From the NCBI GenBank assembly GCA_964016885.1, contig OZ024743.1, forward strand, positions 144,832,001-144,896,000: 64,000 nt of DNA, read 5' to 3'. The notes beneath the pieces are model-generated. The model ran no database searches, was not told where the DNA came from, and saw only the letters and a program-made list of their open reading frames with translations. This stretch comes from Eledone cirrhosa (lineage: Eukaryota). How positions within the stretch are numbered: position 1 is the first letter of the stretch; each line of letters opens with the position of its first letter. Below, one piece after another: positions 13,173 to 25,209 of the stretch. The translations under genes and the position numbers were made by a program.

Positions 13173-13756
13173 CACGATCTATACGTGGATATTTTACGTC
13201 TTGATGTGGGAGCTAAGTATATGTTTTGTTTATTCCTTTACGTATTTGCATAGGTAAGTATATATTACCCGTATGTTTTGTGAAGGTATGTATACCTTCT
13301 CGTACGTATATTTGACTGTTATAGCGTATAATTTTTACATATTCTGGTATATAGGGTTTGGCTATGTGTATACGGGAGTTTTGCGTCCGCGTGAGTGTGC
13401 AGGTTCGTACGTATGGTGGGTGTGTGTGTATATGTGTACTTCTTGTTTTAGTTGACTTACGTCTCCGAACATTCGTGTATTTATATGTAGGTATGCGAGT
13501 GCGCTTGTTATATACGTATTTATTTACTTATATACGTTTATATAATTATTTATTTATTTGTACACAAGCATACACACACACACATATTTATATGTGCGTG
13601 GTTTTGTATACCCATGGTAAGGTTTTGCGTATGCTTGTGTATGTACGTATCTGTTTGCGTGTATGTATTTATTTGTTCCTATTACTTCTGTATTGTATTT
13701 ATTTACTTTGTTCTTAACTCTGTAGCGGAGATTCATTTGGTCTCCTAGTTAGAATT

Positions 13757-14025
13757 TTAGTCTACGATTTCTGCTATACCATTTACGTGGTTTTGTCTTT
13801 GCGTGCTATTGTTCTCCACGCTCCACATATGACTTATTATCTTCGTTTTTTCGTTCATTGCCAGAGAACGTCTCTATGCACCACCTAAGAGAACACTAGT
13901 CTACGACCTCTTTTATACCATAAACGTGGTTTTGTCTTTGCGCGTAATTGTTTTTCACCGCTCCTATTAATGACGTATTATTCGTTTTTTCCCGTTCTTT
14001 GCCAGCGAACGTTACCACGAACCAA
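13757..14025 (+). repeat. Diverged tandem duplication of about 140 bp in the PLE 3' UTR
   Basis: tagtctacga...tatacca...cgtggttttgtctttgcg...cgttc.ttgccag.gaacgt occurs twice. Confidence 0.85.
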
Positions 14026-14102
14026 AGTATCGTCTTCCTGTCTTCCTCCGGTTGCAACGTTTTTTGAAATATCCAGTTCTGCGTTTACAGATTGACTTTG
14101 TT

Positions 14103-14153
14103 AGTTTCAGAAGATCCCGTTAAGGGTGAAAGCAGCGATTCTTTGCTTAAACT
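14103..14153 (+). ncRNA. Variant hammerhead motif (core CAGAAGA, U4A)
   Basis: agttt CAGAAGA t-ccc-gttaa-ggg-t GAAA gca-gcgattctt-tgc TT aaact. Confidence 0.7.
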
Positions 14154-14423
14154 TTAATCTGTTATTTTAATAAATATAATATATATATATATATTTAATT
14201 AACATTTTATACAAAATCACTGACAGGTAGATTACTATAGAAGCATCTTTCCCTAGGGATAAAAAAAAGTTATCCTTACTGCAGTTTTAAAGTGTAAGAG
14301 AATAATAGATAGCCTTTCAATAGATTGATATGGCCATCGTTAACATAACGGATTTCTCTTCAGGGGATTTAATTCTATAAGGTATAAGAAAATAAAAGAT
14401 GTATATATATATATATATATATA

Positions 14424-15259
14424 TTGGTAAAAGGAAAAGAAAATGCTGACAAATTGTTCCCAGTGAAAAATAATTTAATTAGGAATAAGTAAAAATTAGT
14501 AATTGTTTCTACTTTAGGCACAAGGCAGCAAATTACCCAGTGCATTACTGGTACTTTATTTTATCGACCCCGTAAGGATGAAAGGCAAAGTCTACCTCGG
14601 CGGGATTTGAACTCAGATCGTAAAGGGACGTAACTATGCTGGAAAGCATGGCGTCCGACCCTCTACCGATAAAATTAGTAATAAGTATTGGTTAGTATTC
14701 AGTTTTGGTTTTAAGTTTTTACCGGTTGCGCATTTCTAATGCTTTTCAAAAATAATTTTGAGATAGAGCGCCCGTGGTGTTTGCTCTAACACACACACAC
14801 ACACACACACACATATTTGTCTTAAAAGACTTATTTTTCAGTGACTTCTCAATCAGCCGAGACAAACCTACATTTGGCGCAAAATCAATTTTTAACATTC
14901 ACATGACCTCTACCGACCAATCAAAATTGTTTTGACCACAAGAATTTTTGCAACACGAATTGGCGCGAAACTTATTTTAATACATCTGGAGCCACTTTTT
15001 TCACATAAAACAGGTAGAATTTCCAAAACTAATCAGATTAGAGCAAACATCACGGGGGCTCTATCTCAAAATTATTTTTGAAAAGCATTAGAAATGCGCA
15101 ACCGGTAAAAACTTAAAACCAAAACTGAATACTAACCAATACTTATTACTAATTTTTACTTATTCCTAATTAAACTATTTTTCACTGGGAACAATTTGTC
15201 AGCATTTTCTTTTCCTTTTACTAATATATCATAACACGTGTGTTACACCTCTATTCTTT

Positions 15260-15262
<3 letters not shown>
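14424..15262. repeat. Fold-back pLTR element with HHR-like motif (TTGAAAA...GCAA) and a SINE in one arm
   Basis: 14424-14790 is inverted at 15038-15225. Motif ttt TTGAAAA gcatt..aatgc GCAA ccgg TA aaa at 15075-15110. A truncated relative lies at 40273-40427. Confidence 0.85.
14502..14670 (-). mobile_element. SINE with 12-bp target-site duplication
   Basis: aaaattagtaat at 14491 and 14671; same SINE core as 3819-4002. Confidence 0.9.
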
Positions 15263-15324
<62 letters not shown>

Positions 15325-15698
15325 TAATAAAATTGTGTTCATTCTTCATTGAACCTGCGGGATGTAAGAAATTAATCCTGCACGTATCCGCAGATCTATC
15401 AATAAGGTAAATATTCGATTAACGAACAAAAGTGACGAAGCCAAACTGCCGCTAGAAGTAGTAGTCGATATAAACCATCTATCAGCTCACCATATAGGGA
15501 GCATCAAACTATATATACGTAAATTTACATAATATACATAATATCACAACGAAAACATATCACCCCAAAAAATCTCATTCAGAGATTTTGTATGAGATGT
15601 TCTGTATGTATTTGCTTCTCTGAATGAGGTATTTTTTTAGCGATCTGTTTTCATTGAGATATGTGTTCTGACAAATTTACATATATATATATACATAT

Positions 15699-15758
<60 letters not shown>

Positions 15759-15759
15759 G

Positions 15760-16660
15760 ATAAGTTGACGGAACTAGCATAGGTATCACTGCTAGGACCG
15801 GTTACATCTCAGCGTACTCAATAGGTAATGTTAAATACACTCCCAGAGTATACACATAGTTATTCGCTTCAATACAACACCCGTAAACGGGTACCTTCAA
15901 TTGTTCCCGAACTCGAGTTTCGGCCACACTTACTGCAACAGTAGAGTGCACTGCACCCTCTGTCCGCATATATTATGCAACAATGCACAATCGGCGCATG
16001 TGGCTTCATCAGCGGGCTACGCCTAATCAATAACCAATCGATCGACAGAATTCGACTCCAGTCCGTGTCGGCTATGACTGTATGTGACGGCCAACACAGT
16101 AACATGTTGGTAACTAGAATCTCTCCGCGTCACAATGCTGTCTCCTGATTGGCTACCGATTTATAAATTTACGTGATGGCAGGAGACGAACAATTTAAAT
16201 AGTTCCGCCCCGCCATAAGCACTCAGCCCCAAACTCTCGAACACAAATTAACAAGTTCATGAAAAATTGGTTATTAGAGAAAATCAGTCTCCAATCGCTG
16301 TACAATAGAATGGGAGCATTCACCTCTAGTCTCCAAGTCCCATGGCGAGAAATGGTGCGATAGTAACAATGGTAGTGCCTAAAACCTTTACGGACATTAA
16401 ATGCCAACCGGGATTAAACAGCGATATAGAGTTAGCGCGTTGGTTGGAGTCTGAATTCTAGATATTTCGACCAACCACATGCGTAAACCGGTCTAGTTCA
16501 CAAGTTGTACGATTCAATAGGTGAGTGAGAGAGAAAATTTATAACAGGAATTAAAGCGTAGATTAAAACAAACCACAATAAAAAATGTCAAAAATTGTTC
16601 AACTTACTCTCATTGTTAATCTGGTAGTTGGGAGAAAATAATAATAAGTTGACGGAACTA

Positions 16661-16665
<5 letters not shown>
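15760..16665 (-). mobile_element. Retrozyme-like non-coding unit, 884-nt period with 22-bp terminal redundancy
   Basis: ataagttgacggaactagcata at 15760 and 16644; internal HHR; flanked by (TA)n. Confidence 0.8.
15906..16016 (-). ncRNA. Hammerhead ribozyme with a large insertion in stem II
   Basis: Minus strand: cccg CTGATGA a gccaca...tgtggc c GAAA ctcgag TT cggg; palindromic AACTCGAGTT. Confidence 0.82.
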
Positions 16666-16709
<44 letters not shown>

Positions 16710-16713
<4 letters not shown>

Positions 16714-16912
16714 AACGAGTAGGACCCCGACGGCTGAGCTCAGGCCGTTTCGACGGCTAATTCTGGACTAAATCATAGTCCAGAATTAGCCGTCGAAACG
16801 GCCTGAGCTCAGCCGTCGGGGTCCTACTCGTTCCTATTACCCACTCTACTACCCTAAGTATTGAGTACTTTGGTGCGTTATGGTCCACCTGGTTCCTTAC
16901 CACATTTCTTCC

Positions 16913-16913
<1 letters not shown>
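16710..16913. repeat. Fold-back of family B pLTR
   Basis: Same two ends as 7701-7893 but a different apex. Confidence 0.9.
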
Positions 16914-17506
<593 letters not shown>

Positions 17507-17618
17507 TTAAAGGCCAATTGGTGACCTTTTTAATGAATATTGAAACTCCATTGCGTTATGGAGTACCTTTCCTTACGTTCGTCAATGATACATGGATATA
17601 TATATATATATAAATATA

Positions 17619-18250
17619 GAAAAGAATGAAACGAAATTTCATTACTCACTCTTAGTACGGCTGATACTTAAATATAAGTATATAAGTATGTATACGTACA
17701 TGCATATATATGTATACAGACGTACAGTAGTATGTATATATATACATACATGCACACATATATATATGTACGTATGGATTTACCGAACATTTATTATAAT
17801 GTTCGGTTTGTTTGTAAACAAACAGCCCGAATTAAGCCGTACAGTGTTCGGCAACCATCGTTGCCCTTTTGTTCAACACTGACAAACGAACGATGAACTA
17901 GTTTCAAGCTTATTAGCTATCTTCAGCATCGTATACCTTCCTTCAGATGATTGAACGTTTGAAAGTATATACTTTCCTTATGTATATTAACGGCTGAGCA
18001 GCCTAATTTGCATATCGAGTGAGTTAGTCGGCCGGGCGTACCGAAAACGATAAATGGAAAAGAATGAAACGAAATTTCATTTCTCACTCTTAGTACGGCT
18101 GATACTTAACTGTAAGTATGTATACGTACATACATATATGTATACAGACGTACAGTAGTATGTATATACATACATACATGCACACATATATATATGTACG
18201 TATGGGTTTACCGAACATTTATTATAATGTTCGGCTTGTTTGGTAACATA
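17619..18250 (-). mobile_element. Retrozyme-like unit, 438-nt period (about 1.4 copies)
   Basis: gaaaagaatgaaacgaaatttcatt at 17619 and 18057; internal HHR. Relatives at 40668-41000 (+) and 56388-56630. Confidence 0.82.
17891..17931 (-). ncRNA. Hammerhead ribozyme motif
   Basis: Minus strand: cgatg CTGAAGA t-agct-aata-agct-t GAAA ctag TT catcg. Confidence 0.88.
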
Positions 18251-18450
18251 TATATATATACGACTGGTTGCTTCCGAACAACTGTTCAAATTACATTCAC
18301 TAGGCTATAGTAGATAGAAGACAAGTTGCGAAGCGAACCACTCAGCCATGCCTGCATATATTTGACGAAACAAGGCCCTACAATTTAGGGGCACGATTAT
18401 ATAAGAATGTGGGATACCAGTAAATGAAAGAAATTAGTAAAATAATATAA

Positions 18451-18612
18451 TAATTGTTTCTACTTTTGGCACAAGGCCAGCAATTATTCCAGTGCGTGAC
18501 TGGTACTTTATTTTATCGACCCCGTAAGGATGAAAGGCAAAATTAACCTCGGCGGGATTTGAACTCAGACCATTAAGGGCCGTTTAATCTTTGCTGTAAA
18601 GCATGGCGTCCG
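18451..18612 (-). mobile_element. SINE (5'-truncated)
   Basis: Same family core and 3' tail. Confidence 0.88.
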
Positions 18613-18629
18613 TAATATAATAATAATAT

Positions 18630-21535
18630 AGGTTTCTGCCAGGTGTTGCGACCGGGAAATAGTATCGGCATTTGTAAAAACAAATGGAAACATTGTTTTC
18701 TTGGTCCGATCTGGTGAGTTCCACCCAACTCGGTAAGCGTGTGAGGTCGGGGATCTTGTTTGTTCCAGGATGGATAGATGGATGGAATATAGAATTTTAA
18801 CTAAAATTTTAGAAAGGTTTTCATATAAATATATACTTTGCGATTTGCAGCTCTAATTGAAATACAAAGGGGGAAGTTTACATACAATAAAAACGTGTAA
18901 AATGTTATCACAAATGCAATTTAAAGAATTAGTCGATTTTCCCCAATAGAGGGAGACAGTTTATATGGGTAACACATACCCCCGAAAAAATGTGAAACCC
19001 TCATCTCCAGGAGTACGAAGAGTTTGTACTCCTTTCCTCTCCTCCTCCTTTTCCTCAACCTAGAGTCTGATATAGAGAGAAGGCCCATTCACTCGGGCCA
19101 TTCTCGCCACTTTCATCCACCTTTCATAAAACTTGCTGGGGTACAGCACCTCTCTATCCATCCTGATTCTTCTTCCAAAGTGGTATTTGAAAAAAAGAAT
19201 CAGTTGTTGGCCGGAGAGAAAGGTGTCTGACCTCAGCCCTTTCAACCTTGTCCACCATACAACCTCTTTCGCCATAGCTATCACACAAAGGAAAACCGCC
19301 TCTTCTTCGTTTTTGAAGGAGGGTGGCGGTTTGATCATGACAATGGACTCGGTGGTCAACCGGATTGGTCCCACCCGCGACAATAGTCGTTCTACATAGC
19401 GACAATAGTCGTTCTACATAGCCCCACAGGTCAGTGACGCCCGGGCAGTGTATGAATGCGTGCGCGACGGTTTCTTCGTTACGCACGCACCTCGGACAGA
19501 TCTTTTTTGCAGGATCCCTTCCCGGGCGCCCATGTCTGTAGAGCTTGTCTCGAACTGGTAGAGATCCTCGGTAGCACTGCCAGGCCAGGGACTTTTGGAA
19601 GTTGTCCATCGGTCCCGGGCGGAAGGTCCTACCGAACAGACTGGCCAGTTCATCTTCCTCTACGCCCAGAGTTTCACCGAGCGCGTCGTCGCACTTGCTG
19701 CGGATCAACCCTCTATAGAATGACGAAGTGGAGTCTCCACTGATCGCCGGGTCCACCTGCCAGAGGGCTGTGAGCGCCTAAGCACATTCGATGTGCCAGT
19801 CGCCCATTTTCCTCGGTCTTTGCTTGACCCAGGACTGCAGCTCAGTCAGCGAGACGAGTCGTGGGAAGGCTCGCCTCACGAACGGGGCCCACACCGGTTG
19901 TCCGGTGAGGAATACGTAGAGATGCCGCAGCCTGAGCGCGTGTTTGCGCATCGTCAGCCACGGCATCCCCAGCCCTCCGTTGGAAGGGTGTTGGCAGCAG
20001 ATGATCTTCTCACCACAGGAGCCCTCCTCTTCCAAAGGAATTGGAAGAGTGCGCGCTCCATTTTGGTGAGCGTTTTGGCTGGACAAGGCACGAAGGCCAA
20101 GCGGTAGTAGATGGCGGACGCTATAAAAGTGTTCGCCACCTCCGCTCGACCTTTCAAGGATAGTTTGCACTCGGCCCACTTCTGGGTGAGTGCAAACACC
20201 TTGGCCGACACCTCGTTCCAATTCTTCTCCACCTGGAGGTCCTGACCAAACCAGACCCAGAGCAGCTTTACTGGTCCTTCCGTCCAGCGTACGACGCCAT
20301 CGGAAGGCATCGGTTTGCTTCTCCACGATCCGAGTTGCAAACCGATGGACTTGTCCCGGTTCGGCTTCGCTCCTGTGAACCTTTCGTATTCCTTCAGTAA
20401 GGTGCCGACTTCCTCGATTTGCGAGGTGCTCGACACCATTACTGTCACGTCGTCGGCGTAGGCCGATGCAGCTTTCCGCAGTCCCGGTTCCAGAGGGAAG
20501 CCCTGCAATAGCTCCAACTTCCGCAGTAGTGGCTCGAGAGTCAGTACGTTCAGAAGGGAGGAGAGAGGGCATCCCTGTCGAATGGATCACGTGATATGGA
20601 ACGGCTCCGAGAGGTAGCCGTTCACCTTAACCCTTGAGCAGATGTTGCTGTTATGCATTGCAGCAATCGAGCCCCTGAATACGGGTCCGAAGCCTGCCGC
20701 CTCGAGCACCGCATTCAGGTAACAATGGTCAACCCTATCGAAAGCCTTAGACTGATCCAAGTTGATCAGGGCCCCCACCGAAGCCGGGTTTACACCCTAC
20801 CCTCTCTATGATGTATCGCATGAGGTGGAGGTTGTCGTGTATGGACCTGGTCGGGATTGCGCATGTCTGTGCTTCTCCCACCAGGTTCTCATCGACAAGC
20901 GCCAGCCTCTTTGCCAACACCTTGGCCAAAATCTGTAACTCTGTGTTTAGCAGAGTTATGGGCCGGAAGTTGCCTATGTCATCCCCCTTATTCTCGTCCT
21001 TCTTGACTAGTGTGACTACGCCCCCGGTCACAGAACTGGGAATTCTCCCGTTCTGCTGCCAGTTGCAGTAGACCGCTTCCAGAAGACCGGAGAATAAGTC
21101 CGGAATTGCTACGTAAAATTCGTAGGGTAGACCGTCGAGACCTGGAGATTTGCGTTTGTCGCATTGGCTCAGCGTGTCCCCTATCTCAGCGGCTGAAATT
21201 GGCTTTTCGCAGAACTTCGCCTCGCTGTCCGAGAGTCGAGGTATGGGCCGAAATCCATAGCCCCTCCCGGCGCATCGCCCTGCCCGAACAGTTGAGCATA
21301 GTGCCGCTGAAAGGCCGCACACATCTGCTTCGGCTCACGTATCACGCGTCCGTCTTGGTCCTTCAAAGACCGAATTGTGGACTTGGTGCCACTTTTTGCC
21401 TCCGTCACTCGGGCCCAGCTAACAGCTTTGGCTCCCTCGCTTCCCAGAGCACGTATTTTGCTTCTGACAACGCAGCCCTCGTGCTTTGCGTCGAAGAACT
21501 GGTCCAAGGCCGTTCTCGTTGCTAGCACGCTGGCT
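18630..21535 (-). mobile_element. 5'-truncated, frameshifted L1/Tx1-clade LINE (ORF2 RT and C-terminal zinc motif, 3' UTR)
   Basis: KSPGLDGLPYEFY, NFRPITLLNTE, LDQSKAFDRVDH, RQGCPLSPLL, AYADDVTV, GGLGMP, CPRC..EETVAHAFIHC. Coding ends near 19060; 3' boundary approximate. Confidence 0.93.
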
Positions 21536-21569
21536 GATAGATAGATAGATAGATAGATAGAGAGAGAGA

Positions 21570-21620
<51 letters not shown>

Positions 21621-21623
<3 letters not shown>

Positions 21624-22200
21624 AGAAACAAAAGAAGCTGTGTGGTTACTATAAACAAGGTTTAGGATGGTCGTATGGACGAAACAAGAGAAGAAAAGAA
21701 AAGGAGAGAATCCTTCGTCAGCTGTAATCCGCGATCAAGATGTTTCGGCGCTTATTTACAGGACATCTATAAGCGATCAGATCAGAGGAGTTTTACGACA
21801 AGTGTAAACACGTTGTCAACAACCGAAAACGAACGGATGGATAAAGAGAGGGAGAGAGAGAACGAGAGAGAGGAGGAAAAATGGAAGAGAGAATGGGAGA
21901 GTCGATGCGAAAGTGTGGTGGGACCACAGATCGAACAAAACAGGTAGAGGAGGGTAACAGCGGTAAATACAAAATGATAAGAAACGAAAGGAGCTGTGTG
22001 GTTACTATAAACAAGGTTTAGGATGGTCGTATGGACGAAACAAGAGAAGAAAAGAAAAGAAGAGGTAAAAGAGAAAAAGGAAGAAAAAAGAAGGAAAAGA
22101 GAAAGAAGAACAAAGGAGGAAAGGTGGTGAGGAGAGAGGAAGAAAGAGAAATAAGAGAGAAAAAACAGGTGAACAGACCCCATCGTGGGGGTCCAGGACA
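21621..22200. repeat. Unclassified element with a direct repeat of about 80 bp, 356 nt apart
   Basis: ataagaaac..gctgtgtggttactataaacaagg..gaaaagaaaa at 21621 and 21977; lies between TA tracts. Confidence 0.7.
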
Positions 22201-22211
22201 ATGGAACATGC

Positions 22212-22284
<73 letters not shown>

Positions 22285-22483
22285 TGTGTGTGTGTGAGTG
22301 TGTGTGTGTGCATTTCATTGTGGTCACTCGATCTGATAGAAATATCAACGAAACCTTCGAATTTCACTCTTAGAAACACGAAGACAAGATTGGATAATTT
22401 AATCCTAGATATTCTATGCCTGAAAAGAAAATTACAGGTTAGCTACGGTTTGTTCAATTAGAATCTCACCATAAGTGCATATC

Positions 22484-22523
<40 letters not shown>

Positions 22524-22664
22524 ATGTTTGTGTGTGTATGTGTGTGTGCATGTATGTGTGTGTACATGTATGTGTGTGTGCATGTATGTGTGTGTGCATG
22601 TTTGTGTGTGCGCATGTGTATGTTTGTGCATGTGTGTGTGTGTGTGTGTGTGTACCTGTGTGTG

Positions 22665-22721
<57 letters not shown>

Positions 22722-25019
22722 ATGTATGTGTGTCAGTGAGCGTGGTTGGCATCTAGTCTTAGTTTTCTATTATAATTCTAGCCACATGTAGAACTCTTTA
22801 TTAAATCGACCCTAGAACTTAACTGTTACTTTATCTGAAGGCTGAAAAGCAAGGTTAACCTTAGTGGGATTCGAACTCACAATGTAACGGTACATTCCTA
22901 AATACCGAAAATCATTTTGTTTGACGCTTTAAAGATTCTGACATTTGATTAGATATGTGAGTGCATAAAATACCTTTGGTAAACTAGAGTGAAGGTTCTA
23001 TAATTGTTGGAGATTTGTTTATGTCCATGAATAAAGATTCTATGATTATTTTTGGTATTTAAAATACTATCGTTGTTGTTTAGTCACGGGTCAGACATAA
23101 TTTAACAGACTTATGATCAAAGGCGTTCCAGTCATTATTAGTTTGACCTTTCAGATACAGTGTATCTACGCTAGATTTTTAAAATGTATCCTTTCTATAT
23201 TTGTTTAAAGATGATAAAGTACTATTAGATGGAGAATTTGCTGCTGCGATTTCTAGAAGATAGAGCGACCACACAGAGGTTTCCTTATTTATTTGTTTGC
23301 TATGCTGTGAAGTATTGAGATGTTGTTTGTAATATTTATTCTTTCTAAAGTAGTTTATTTGCGCAGATTTATGTTTGAGTAAGAGTTATCGGCGTGGATT
23401 TGTTGTAAAGATGTGGTTTCGGTAGCAAGGGTATCATGAAAGAGTATTATCATCTGGATGGACTATGGAGAGATGAAAAGTAATGACAACCTTGGCAAAT
23501 ATTAATGAGAGCGGCATCGGCATTCATAATATTACGCAACGACTCCGATACTCAATATTTCGGCCACAGTTACCACCATCGACGGCCAACTTTTGCAATG
23601 GAAACAGACAATCTACTGAATCATTTCAATTCGTCATTTGTAGTTACTGAATTAATATTGAAACTATGGAATCCTAAATCTGAACTTAGAATTAAATGCG
23701 TCGAAACTATATAAACATGGGTCACTGTATTGACTCATGCAGCGCCAGCATGCAAATGCGTATTCTAGTTAGTTATTCTAGTTAGTTAGATTTATATAAT
23801 AAAAGAAATAAAAACTTTCAGTTTCTCTGGATCAAGGTTTTCCTTCGTTATTCCACTAAGTGCATCTGCTTCCACAGACGCTCTCCGAACTCTTCCAAGT
23901 ACTAACATCACTTCGATCATATCTCTTCGTGCATCGAGGGAATATATTTCCTTGTTTTCTTCTATGATGTCATCACCCTCGAAAGACTTCAGTGTTCACA
24001 ACTTCCTCTGGCCCTTACTTTCATCCCACACTGTTACAGTAACTAAATCTTTCGTAAACTTCAACTCTCTACAACAATTAGTTTGATCCCTTTCACGCAT
24101 TGCTGATCGACCCACAGAATCTTGAAATACCCTTGGCCTCATAGTCATCTCCAAACCTATTTCTCTACTAGGGCAGTCGATCGACCTTTCCGTCAAATCG
24201 GACCGAGGAAACAATGTTTCCGCTGGTCTTTCCAATTGCTAATTGCGACTATCTATCTGTCGCAACTCAAGGTAGAAGGAGCAACGTGAAATAAAGTGTC
24301 TTGCTCAAGGACATAACTCATCGCTAAAGAATGATCATATCTGTACCAATCTAGTCTTCTGAGGAACTGGAATCATATGAATTCGAACAAACGAATTTCG
24401 GCGTCATAGGACACTCTCTCTTCCCATTGGTTAGTTGTGAGAACATTCCTCAGTCAAAAGTCTATAGAAATTTTTCTGAGGCAAGACTATATGTTATGGT
24501 TGTTTTTGTTAAGTACAGCTGACCTCCTCCATTGTGTTGGTAGTAGTAGGGGTGTTAGGGGGTCAGCTGGCAGGTCAGCTTTAGTTCGGCTGCTGCTATG
24601 TTTAGAAGAATTTGTGTGTGTGGGTTGGCATCTTCCTGCCACTATTTCACGTGTGGGGTGCCAAAAGATAAAAAAATAAGATAAATTAAAATAAGAAATA
24701 AAAAAAAAAATGAAAAAATAAAATGCGTGTCTGTTACAACCAATATCAAAGTTTGAAAGATTTGGAAAATATTGACTGAAGTAGAAAGGCTGTGTGTCAG
24801 AATCGAGAAGTGCAAAGGATTACAATCCTTACACTATCATGGGTGGTGCGTTTTAAGAGCAAATGAGACAAGAGTGGAGTGTAAAACACCAGAACCTGTG
24901 TGTCAAAATCCTGAAATGCAGAGGACCACAGTTCTTATTTCGGCATAAAGTACATATGCGTGTATGTCAACGCACATCGTTGCAAGCACACACGCACAAA
25001 CACAGGCTCAGGTGCATCT

Positions 25020-25086
<67 letters not shown>

Positions 25087-25209
25087 TATACACACACATA
25101 CACACACACATACATATATATATATACACACATATACAAACGCATGCACATACACACACATACACACACACACACATGTAAGTATCTATGTATGCACAAT
25201 CTTAAACAA

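Larger units (their letters stand above)
11053..14177 (+). mobile_element. Young 5'-truncated PLE (Hydra-clade-like) with inverted pLTR tail at its 5' end
   Basis: 11141-11173 is the exact reverse complement of 14144-14176. Long uninterrupted ORF; flanked by TA repeats. Confidence 0.93.

Noticed and set aside
21705-21790. CTGACGA and GAAA words on the minus strand suggesting an HHR
   Set aside because: Stems I and III cannot be formed convincingly; possibly a decayed or truncated motif.
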